A stretch of 60,065 nt of DNA, taken from assembly GCA_001817065.1 (NCBI GenBank), contig MHHQ01000032.1:1-60065 (forward strand), in the 5' to 3' direction. The translations under genes and the position numbers were made by a program. Shown piece by piece: positions 19,551-27,283 of this stretch. The stretch's first letter is position 1, and the number at the start of each line of letters is the position of its first letter. Under the pieces are notes generated by a model, which made no database searches, had not been told where the DNA came from, and was given only the letters and a program-made list of their open reading frames with translations. Source of the stretch: Candidatus Andersenbacteria bacterium RIFCSPHIGHO2_02_FULL_46_16. GTDB lineage: Bacteria; Patescibacteriota; Andersenbacteria; UBA10190.

Positions 19551-20021
19551 ATGCATATCTATGTCACATCCGGCACGGGAACTGGCTCTACTCCATTAGC
19601 TGCGTTTGATGCGGCAGTTATGGCAGCCAGTGAATCAAACCATAATATGATTTATCTTTCTTGCTTTATTCCCCCCGGCAGTGTGATAGTACGTGCTCAA
19701 AACCCTCTTTTACTTAAGTCCTGGGGTCAGCGAATTTATGTTGTGATGTCGCGTCAAGATACCTCTGAGCTAGGACAGGAAGCTTGGGCTAGCCTGGGTT
19801 GGGTACAAGATCAGAGTGGGCGAGGAATGTTTGTTGAGCATCATGGAGGCAGTAAGGAGACTGTCCACAATGCCATTCAAGCCACTCTAAAGTTTATGAT
19901 TACAAGCCGTAAAATGGACTTTGGCCCAATTGAATATGAATTTACAGGTATCAAATGTGAAGACCAGCCAGTATGCGCCATAACAATGGCGGTGTACAAA
20001 ATTGAAAATTGGGAAAGTTAG
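19551..20021 (+). CDS. pdaD: pyruvoyl-dependent arginine decarboxylase family protein (Ser-Cys at the processing site)
   Basis: TSGTGTGSTPLAAFDAA...YLSCFIPPGS aligns with the ...ISSIMPPG self-cleavage region of PvlArgDC. Confidence 0.75.
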   Translation: MHIYVTSGTGTGSTPLAAFDAAVMAASESNHNMIYLSCFIPPGSVIVRAQNPLLLKSWGQRIYVVMSRQDTSELGQEAWASLGWVQDQSGRGMFVEHHGGSKETVHNAIQATLKFMITSRKMDFGPIEYEFTGIKCEDQPVCAITMAVYKIENWES

Positions 20022-20074
20022 TTCGGTAGCCTTAGATTAACTCTTTTTAGCACACCTTCCTTAGGCAGAGAGAA

Positions 20075-20551
20075 TTACTGAGAACTTTTTTCTTGTAAGT
20101 CTCTAATCTTTTTCTCTGCACCAGCGATATCTATAACTCCCTTCGCAACTGTAAATACATCCTCGGGAGTAGTTTTTGCTTTGACGATATAGTCAGCCGC
20201 CTGTAAGTCTCTTGCCCGGTCATGATCCTGCTTAGTGTCTAAGTTGGAGAAAATAATAACTGGAATATCTCTTATCTCCGGATCACCCTTCAACATAATC
20301 AAAAAGTTGAACCCGTGGTTCTTATCAACTTCGGTAACAGGTGTGTTTGGTTCTTTGCCAAGGATAAGGTCAAGCAGGATCACATCAGGTTTTTGCTCTC
20401 GGGCAATTTTATCGCCCTCGACTGTGTTTATAGCAGTAAGAAAAGTAATTTCCTCATGGGTACGAGCTGTCATCTCATACAGCTTAAGCAACATCGGATC
20501 GTCATCAATCATAAGGATCTTCCTTTTTGCTACACTTTTGGAATCAGTCAT
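20075..20551 (-). CDS. response regulator, receiver domain only
   Basis: ILMIDDD...PDVILLDL... Confidence 0.85.
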   Translation of the reverse strand: MTDSKSVAKRKILMIDDDPMLLKLYEMTARTHEEITFLTAINTVEGDKIAREQKPDVILLDLILGKEPNTPVTEVDKNHGFNFLIMLKGDPEIRDIPVIIFSNLDTKQDHDRARDLQAADYIVKAKTTPEDVFTVAKGVIDIAGAEKKIRDLQEKSSQ

Positions 20552-20577
20552 TGGTATTAGTTTAAAAATTATGAATA

Positions 20578-20982
20578 TTAAGAGGTCTGATTACTAAGGA
20601 ACTGATGAACACGCTCAACAATTTCTCGAGGCAGAAATTTTGCTTTCAAAATATAGTCAGCTGCTCCTAGCCGTTTTACTTCCTCCGCCATATCTCTTTC
20701 CCGTTTATTAGACAGGATAATTACCGGAATTTTTGCAGTTTCGGGATCTCCTTTAATTTTCTTCAAAACCTCTAGGCCGTCGAGATCTAATGTTCCCTCT
20801 AAAATAAGATCGAGCAATACGACATCAGGATGCTCTTTCTTTACAGTATCTATTCCTTCCTGAGCTGTAGCCACTGCTTTGAAATTGTTATACCCCAACT
20901 GTTTAAACTGAAAATCATACATGAAGCGATGCTGCTTGTTATCTTCTATCATCAGTATTTTAGAATCTGTGATTTCAGGCAT
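20578..20982 (-). CDS. response regulator, receiver domain only
   Basis: ILMIEDN...PDVVLLDL...K. Confidence 0.85.
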   Translation of the reverse strand: MPEITDSKILMIEDNKQHRFMYDFQFKQLGYNNFKAVATAQEGIDTVKKEHPDVVLLDLILEGTLDLDGLEVLKKIKGDPETAKIPVIILSNKRERDMAEEVKRLGAADYILKAKFLPREIVERVHQFLSNQTS

Positions 20983-20992
20983 AGGATTACGG

Positions 20993-22399
20993 CTAACGAG
21001 GTTGCTGTAAAGGAAGGGTTACCCTAACCGTGGTTCCTTTGCCAACCCCCTCACTCTCCAGCATAACACGTCCGTTATGTTCTTCGACAATCTTTTTGAT
21101 AATGAAGAGGCCTAAACCGCTGCCATCGGTAAACATTCGTTCTGACCGTTGCCCACGTACAAATTTGCCAAATAGTTTCGGTATTTCTACCGGATCAACG
21201 CCCATACCCGTATCCGTAATGGCGACTTCGATTTCATTGCCCATGAGAGTAGCTTTTACGGTCACGCCGCCTTTCTCGGTGTATTTTTCAGCGTTATCAA
21301 TAATGTTCAGAAACACCTGGCGTAAATATGCTGGATCAGCTTCTACCTTTGGCAACGGCTGGTCAGGCGTATTAAACACCAAGGATAATCCTTTTTTGTC
21401 GTAACTCAGTTTCAGAGTATTTACTGCTTCATCAATAATAGTTTCAACTTGGACTGATTCTATCTTAAAGTTAAGGCTGCCTCCTTCCAGCTCCATTGCA
21501 TCAAGCAGATCATTAACAATACTGTTGAGTTGAGTAGCACCACTGAACATGTTTTGTTGCAGCTCTCGGCGCTCTTCGGTGGGAAGCTTGTCAAATTCTC
21601 CTTTAGCCTGCATTTCCAATAATCCACGCAGGCTAGTAAGAGGAGTCCGTAATTGATGAGACGCTATATGCAAGAATTCGGTCTTGATATCCATTAATTC
21701 CTTCAGATGCTTATTAGCGCTACTTAACTGTCTAGTGGTGCGCTGCAAATCTTCATAAATTTTTGCCTTATACATAGCTAGCGAAGTGAGACTGACCACG
21801 CCCTCAATCGATTCATGTTCGTATTTACTTAATTCATGAAGATTTCGATCAGAGCTGAATGTAAGTTCGCCTAAGGCCTTCTGTTCAAAGAAGAGTGGAT
21901 ATATGACGGAGCTCTGTATTCTACCCATTACACTTTCGGCATCTGAATCCTTAAGCTGTTGCGTTAATTCACTTGGAAAAACACCGTCGATTGCTTTAAC
22001 AAAGACAGGCTCCCGTTGTGCTCCTGAAAGGATATGAACTGAAGCAAGAGAACTCGTTACTGGTGCTTGAAGAGTGCGCGGTGCAAAGTCATTTAGCGTA
22101 GCAGCTAGCTCGGGCTCAGAAGAAGCTAGAGCCAACCATTTCAATGTGTTAGTTTTCTCGTCAACGATGGCTACTGATACTATCTCGTAACTAAATTCAA
22201 CAGCAATAGCTAACACAATCTCTCTTGCCATATTGTCCATGCCAAGAGCAGAGAGCGATATTTCATCTAGTTTTCTCAGTAGGTCAAGCGTCTTAATACG
22301 CACTGCCAATTCCGCATTGCGTTTGTATAGCTCGCGATTAACCTCTTGAACATCTTCTGAGGTACCTTCAGTCTTGTCCTGATCTTCGGATGCTGTCAT
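20993..22399 (-). CDS. cytoplasmic sensor histidine kinase
   Basis: H-box ASHQLRTPL; N, G1 (DTGMG) and G2 (GSGLGL) boxes; no TM segment. Confidence 0.9.
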   Translation of the reverse strand: MTASEDQDKTEGTSEDVQEVNRELYKRNAELAVRIKTLDLLRKLDEISLSALGMDNMAREIVLAIAVEFSYEIVSVAIVDEKTNTLKWLALASSEPELAATLNDFAPRTLQAPVTSSLASVHILSGAQREPVFVKAIDGVFPSELTQQLKDSDAESVMGRIQSSVIYPLFFEQKALGELTFSSDRNLHELSKYEHESIEGVVSLTSLAMYKAKIYEDLQRTTRQLSSANKHLKELMDIKTEFLHIASHQLRTPLTSLRGLLEMQAKGEFDKLPTEERRELQQNMFSGATQLNSIVNDLLDAMELEGGSLNFKIESVQVETIIDEAVNTLKLSYDKKGLSLVFNTPDQPLPKVEADPAYLRQVFLNIIDNAEKYTEKGGVTVKATLMGNEIEVAITDTGMGVDPVEIPKLFGKFVRGQRSERMFTDGSGLGLFIIKKIVEEHNGRVMLESEGVGKGTTVRVTLPLQQPR

Positions 22400-22431
22400 A
22401 GAGAGCAGTTACCAATTCATACGCCCTCTAG

Positions 22432-22710
22432 CTATCGAAGAGCAGTTGGCAACTGGTCTTCAGGAATTTTTGCAATATAAGGACGGACAGCGTCTCGACA
22501 TACATCGCGAGACAACTGACCAAAAAGTCGTTCGTAGCGTCCAACAAGTGATTCAAGAACTGCTTTCACATCACCTTCTACATAGACCATGTGCGCAGTT
22601 GAATCAAGTCGTAAACCGGGAACTTTTCCAGCTTCTTTCCAAGCTATAGGACCAATAATGAGTTCCTGTTCTTTAATGATTTGAGTTGCAACTCGGTCTT
22701 TAATATCCAT
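22432..22710 (-). CDS. hypothetical protein
   Basis: ORF packed 3 nt from its upstream neighbour; no motif recognised. Confidence 0.4.
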   Translation of the reverse strand: MDIKDRVATQIIKEQELIIGPIAWKEAGKVPGLRLDSTAHMVYVEGDVKAVLESLVGRYERLFGQLSRDVCRDAVRPYIAKIPEDQLPTALR

Positions 22711-22713
22711 AGT

Positions 22714-23541
22714 CTAACTTTCATCAATCTTCTTAAACGTAACCCCCAACTGAATCAACCCTATAGCCATCAAGCAATATGAGACAAAATACATGTAGTC
22801 ATTTACCCCGCCCACATACCACTGTTCATTGCTGGCTTCATACAAGAATATAAAATCAGAAAAATATTGGACTATCAGAGCAACTAACAAAAAAGACATT
22901 GGTTCTCTCATCATTCCACCGAGTGCCTTTCTTGACGCCAGAAAAGCAATGGTTGCAATTGAAACGTATATTGCTTGCCCAAAGGGATAACCTAAATCAA
23001 GAAATACTTTCAGGGGTTGGCTCCAGTCAAATTCATATCCTCGCAAAAATAAGATATAGGAAAGACCTAATAGAATAAGAGGGATAATAATCGCTTGCGC
23101 CTGTCCCACTAAGGATCGCAACGAAAAATTAACTCTCAGAACTCGCGCAAGGAGTAGCACACCATATAGATAGAAAATGACGCTGCCAAAATACCCAACA
23201 TCTCCCATAGAAGGGTACGGAACTTCTATTCCTAAAACATATATATAATAAGCGTATGCTGCTTGACCGAACGTTTGTGCAAGTAATCCTAAAGAGAGAA
23301 CAAATAATGAACGACCAATAATACTCTTTAACCCCCCCCATTTATTCGAGATCAATAAACCAACTACGCCTCCAATTAACGAAATCCAAGGATAAATCAA
23401 AGTAAAGGCATTATTCTCAAAACCACTTGTTAAGTCTCTCCAGTAGATGGTGACCCACCATAAAGATAAGACAATAAACACACTCAGAATAAAACGGGCT
23501 ATCCAGCTTCCTTGAATCGTTTCAGAAAAACCCTTCCACAT
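22714..23541 (-). CDS. polytopic membrane protein (about 8 TM)
   Basis: Repeated hydrophobic spans. Confidence 0.6.
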   Translation of the reverse strand: MWKGFSETIQGSWIARFILSVFIVLSLWWVTIYWRDLTSGFENNAFTLIYPWISLIGGVVGLLISNKWGGLKSIIGRSLFVLSLGLLAQTFGQAAYAYYIYVLGIEVPYPSMGDVGYFGSVIFYLYGVLLLARVLRVNFSLRSLVGQAQAIIIPLILLGLSYILFLRGYEFDWSQPLKVFLDLGYPFGQAIYVSIATIAFLASRKALGGMMREPMSFLLVALIVQYFSDFIFLYEASNEQWYVGGVNDYMYFVSYCLMAIGLIQLGVTFKKIDES

Positions 23542-23589
23542 ACTAAAATAATAGCACTGGAATGCTTATAATGTCACTTTTTGTTAATT

Positions 23590-24498
23590 TTAATCAGTAG
23601 AGATACTGCTAATTACATATTTCCTCAAAAAACATACTGGCCTAAAGGCGGTTTTAGAATACCTTAACCCTGAAACCCCTAGATCTTGCTCGTAATTCAG
23701 CAGTGCACAACCCCGTGATATTAAAGCATCAGCAGTCGCTTGCATTAAGTAGGAATAAACTCCAGAAAAGTTGATATTAGCTTTTACAAAATGAGATATT
23801 GCATACCTACTAGTAAGCACTTCATTGATAGAAAATGCTACCGGTGACTTATCTACCAGTACGCCTATACTGATTAATTGAAAACTGTTCGTGGGGAATA
23901 ACAAGCGGGCCATAGCATCTTCTTCATTATCCAGTCGATAGCCTTTATTTTTTTCCCACTGCTGATTTAATTCTTGAACTATTTCCCGATCGCTTACCTT
24001 GGTTAAATCAAGAGCTACTACTTCAATGTTTTTATATTTCCGAGTAAAGCGATTCTTCATGTTACGCTGCTGCTCATAGCTACTGCCTTTGTACTCTCGC
24101 AACTTTTCCAAATCGTAGATGTAATCAAAATTACCTGGATCTTCGCTAACGGTGAAAGGATTAATTTTAACTCCTTTAATAGAATCTTCTGGTATAAGCA
24201 TTAGTGATGGAAGACGCCCCTCACTTATTACAAAAGCTATCAAACTCTCAATTGTGCTGTTAACATCGTGCCCCCCTAAAAATGAATAAAAAGGCTCGCC
24301 CGTAATATAATCATTAAACTTAATAACTAAGTTCTTATTAAGAAATGAAAAACAAGCTTCACCCTTCGTGTCCCAACTCCACAGGCTTGTAAAATTATAA
24401 TCAGAATAAGGAGGATATTGTTTTGTAAAATCCTCGATAACTTTCTTATCGGTAATTTCAAGTTTCTTAAACGTAGGAAATTCAGGAATCATTGCCAT
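23590..24498 (-). CDS. DUF2156 (MprF C-terminal-like) domain protein, paralog 2
   Basis: FPTFKKLEI...PYSDYNFTSLWSWD...GEPFYSFLG. Confidence 0.7.
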   Translation of the reverse strand: MAMIPEFPTFKKLEITDKKVIEDFTKQYPPYSDYNFTSLWSWDTKGEACFSFLNKNLVIKFNDYITGEPFYSFLGGHDVNSTIESLIAFVISEGRLPSLMLIPEDSIKGVKINPFTVSEDPGNFDYIYDLEKLREYKGSSYEQQRNMKNRFTRKYKNIEVVALDLTKVSDREIVQELNQQWEKNKGYRLDNEEDAMARLLFPTNSFQLISIGVLVDKSPVAFSINEVLTSRYAISHFVKANINFSGVYSYLMQATADALISRGCALLNYEQDLGVSGLRYSKTAFRPVCFLRKYVISSISTD

Positions 24499-24544
24499 TA
24501 TTTAAGGGTAACACTTAGGACTACAGTCATAAACACATGTTATG

Positions 24545-24581
24545 AAAAAACCTGAGGGCTCGAATGCGAACCGCTCAGGTT
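24545..24581 (-). terminator. rho-independent terminator
   Basis: Minus strand AACCTGAG-loop-CTCAGGTT followed by TTTTTT, just downstream of 24596-24997. Confidence 0.6.
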
Positions 24582-24595
24582 GACTCTCGCTTTGA

Positions 24596-24997
24596 TCATC
24601 CCGACTCCATGATCACAATGGCGACGATGGCCAAAATGATACCCGCCCACTTCTGAGCAGAAATATCCTCATGGAATACAAGATTGCTCACCGCAATGAT
24701 GAAAATGCAGTTTGAGAGCAAGAAAAGAATCACGCAGTGAGCCAGGGGACCCTTTTTCAACATGAGTAGAAAGAGGGTGAGGGCTACTACCCAAGACAGA
24801 TAGCCGCTTGCGATCAACCACCATTTCCCACCATGCTTAGCCCACTGGTTCAAAAGCGCATCACCAATACCTCCTACAAGCCCCGCCGAGATTGCCAGAA
24901 GATAGAATGCCCATCGAGGCATATCCATGGTAGATCTCCCGTTTTTGGTGCCAAATAAGAAAGAACGAACTGACTCCGCACAATACATGAGTCCCAT
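24596..24997 (-). CDS. small 4-TM transporter (SMR/EamA-half-like); likely start is the internal Met (MDMPRW...)
   Basis: Four hydrophobic helices, about 110 aa core. Confidence 0.5.
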   Translation of the reverse strand: MGLMYCAESVRSFLFGTKNGRSTMDMPRWAFYLLAISAGLVGGIGDALLNQWAKHGGKWWLIASGYLSWVVALTLFLLMLKKGPLAHCVILFLLSNCIFIIAVSNLVFHEDISAQKWAGIILAIVAIVIMESG

Positions 24998-25030
24998 TGA
25001 AGTGTCAATGGCCGTTGTGGTAAAAAATGC

Positions 25031-25390
25031 CTACCCTCGCTCTACTATCGTCGATTTGACACTCTGTGCTTGAAAATAAGTTTTTGAGAATTCTTCGGCT
25101 TTATTAGCATCAAAATCTTTACAGCTGAGTATATCAATAAAAGCTCGATTGCCGACCTCGTCTAAATGAACCGTCACGGAGGAGGTTTCAATAAATTGCA
25201 TGGCAGAGTACCCCTCAAGGTCACCTTGCCCAAATCGCTCAACGTAACATTCTCCTTGAGCAACCATATCAACTACGGTAACGACTTCGACTACGAATCG
25301 TTTTAGTCCTTCAGGGCTAATTAATTTGTCATGGTCACACCCAGCCAGATCAATGGCCAAGGACTTACCCCATGGCTTAATTTTATCCAT
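25031..25390 (-). CDS. S-adenosylmethionine decarboxylase-related (pyruvoyl) family protein, second copy
   Basis: FIETSSVTVHLDE...DILSC resembles the ES(S/H)..H processing motif. Confidence 0.55.
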   Translation of the reverse strand: MDKIKPWGKSLAIDLAGCDHDKLISPEGLKRFVVEVVTVVDMVAQGECYVERFGQGDLEGYSAMQFIETSSVTVHLDEVGNRAFIDILSCKDFDANKAEEFSKTYFQAQSVKSTIVERG

Positions 25391-25402
25391 GTATTAAATA
25401 TA

Positions 25403-25594
25403 CTAAAAATCGTTTATAAAAACACATATATCTGGATCAACAAGGCTACATCGTACGAATACCAGTACCAAACGCTCAGCTAAAAGACCTCCGTCAGTGC
25501 CTGTACCAGCAATTACTACGGTAGCCTGCGACAATCTTTCCTGTTCAGTAGGAGAGATAAGTCCAATATTTCGGCTGAATCTTGAATCATCCAT
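25403..25594 (-). pseudogene. N-terminal fragment of a ThiF/MoeB/E1-like adenylyltransferase
   Basis: RFSRNIGLI...VVIAGTGTDGG (Rossmann GxGxxG), terminated after 63 aa. Confidence 0.5.
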
Positions 25595-25805
25595 TTACTA
25601 TTAGCGTACTACTTAATAAGTACTACTTCTATTTATTTTGATTGTTTTCGTTCTTTTGCTTCTTCTGCCGTTTGTGGATTATTTCTTGCCGCACTAAATC
25701 AAATATCCGATTATATGCCGGTTGCAAACTAGCCTTAGCTTCAGGAGTATCTTCAAAATGGAAAGTAACTTTAGGAATTTTGATTTTCCGACGCATAACA
25801 ATAAC

Positions 25806-26711
25806 TTATTTTCCTCTTATACGGTCAACTTCCATTTGAATCCACTCATCTCCGGCAGCTTCAACTTCTTCATCGCTAAAAGGAATATCTGTCCACTCAA
25901 CTTCTCGATCATCTCCCCTTGCACACTGATCGGCTATTTTCTTTTCGATTGCGTTTATAAAACGGATAGTATTCGAAATATTATTAAAAATGAGAACGCT
26001 CTCGTTATCATTTAGGATCGGATTATCATGAGCAAAACTTTGGTTATTGCGTACGCCATTAAATGCTTCAAGGACTGAAATAGATGACTTCAAAATTCTC
26101 TCTGTCATTTCCGACTCAATCAGATTGTTTTCTTTCAAAAATTTTACATATCCACCAAACAAGCTATGTAATGGGACTTTTTTGTCATAGGAAATGGAAT
26201 GCTTTTCACTAAGCTCTCTAATATGCTTAACAACGAACGTGTGTAAACGATCCAGTGCGCCCGCAGGCTCATTATTTTCGATGCTCTCTCTAATTGATTT
26301 TGCCAACAACGAAAATGTTTCATCATCTGAGTTAGGCATAATTACATCAATATTTTCTATAGGACTATCTTTTTTCAAGCGCTCTAAAATTTTAAGACAG
26401 GCATCATAATATTCAGCCTTTGGATTCGACTCTGGAACCAACCTATTTATTTTGTTTGTAGATGCCCAATAATTCAATAGTTGTTCAAGAAATTTTGCGA
26501 CCAAAAAGTTTGGCTCTTTATCCCAGAATGCCCGTAATCGGTTAGCCTTTGATCCACTCCCATAGTTATATTTCTCGTCGTAGATTTCTACTCCCGTATG
26601 TTCAAGAACAAATTGCTCAAAAGTTCGATTACTAAAATCGATAACATATCCACTATTCATCCCAAATAGCTTCTCAAATTTTAGCTTTTCAATGCTTGAC
26701 AGGTCAGACAT
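25806..26711 (-). CDS. abortive-infection-like protein (Abi_C-type C-terminal domain)
   Basis: NGVRNNQSFAHDN resembles the Abi_C RN..aHG signature; the N-terminus resembles AbiJ-related N-domains. Confidence 0.5.
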   Translation of the reverse strand: MSDLSSIEKLKFEKLFGMNSGYVIDFSNRTFEQFVLEHTGVEIYDEKYNYGSGSKANRLRAFWDKEPNFLVAKFLEQLLNYWASTNKINRLVPESNPKAEYYDACLKILERLKKDSPIENIDVIMPNSDDETFSLLAKSIRESIENNEPAGALDRLHTFVVKHIRELSEKHSISYDKKVPLHSLFGGYVKFLKENNLIESEMTERILKSSISVLEAFNGVRNNQSFAHDNPILNDNESVLIFNNISNTIRFINAIEKKIADQCARGDDREVEWTDIPFSDEEVEAAGDEWIQMEVDRIRGK

Positions 26712-26717
26712 GGCGAC

Positions 26718-27278
26718 TTAGTTAACAAACCCAGTGAGTCTCTTAACCCCTTCTCTTATCTCTGGCAGCAGAGGATTTTCCGGCCAAGCCGACTCAAGAG
26801 CTTTTACTAACTTTTGCTGCTGAGCTAACTTCTCTTCCTTCGGCGCGTTGAATTTTTCAAACACCACATCACCTTGTTCCTCCCCATCATGAACAAGCTC
26901 CAACAGATTGTGCAGCACATCAGCTGATTTAAGCAGCAAAGCATCATGATTCATATCTTTTATATGGCCAAGCGCAATACGCTTGCGCGTCTCCCACGGC
27001 AGACCTTTATCTTCTTCTGTCACTGCCTTAACCAAATCCGCAACCGGTTCACCAAATTGTTCTTGTACATCATCCAGCTCAACATCACTATCCTCCACAA
27101 CATCATGAAGAATACCGGCGACTATTACGTCTTCACTGGCACCAACTTGCGAAAGAATTAATGCAACTGTTAGCGGATGTGTAATATAGGGAATATCCTT
27201 ACCTTTGCGTGTCTGTCCATCATGAGCCGTTATGGCAAAACGAATAGCCTTTTGGATTTTTCCACTATAGGCAATCAT
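26718..27278 (-). CDS. HD-domain hydrolase (RelA/SpoT-type HD_4)
   Basis: FAITAHDGQTRKG...PYITHPLTVA...ILHDVVEDS. Confidence 0.8.
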   Translation of the reverse strand: MIAYSGKIQKAIRFAITAHDGQTRKGKDIPYITHPLTVALILSQVGASEDVIVAGILHDVVEDSDVELDDVQEQFGEPVADLVKAVTEEDKGLPWETRKRIALGHIKDMNHDALLLKSADVLHNLLELVHDGEEQGDVVFEKFNAPKEEKLAQQQKLVKALESAWPENPLLPEIREGVKRLTGFVN

Positions 27279-27283
27279 GTGTG

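Noticed and set aside
25629-25796. 55-aa basic minus-strand ORF (MRRKIKIPKVTFHFEDTPEAK...) just downstream of the Abi-like gene
   Set aside because: Its position is plausible, but it has no motif and sits below the usual length threshold. There is not enough support to call it.
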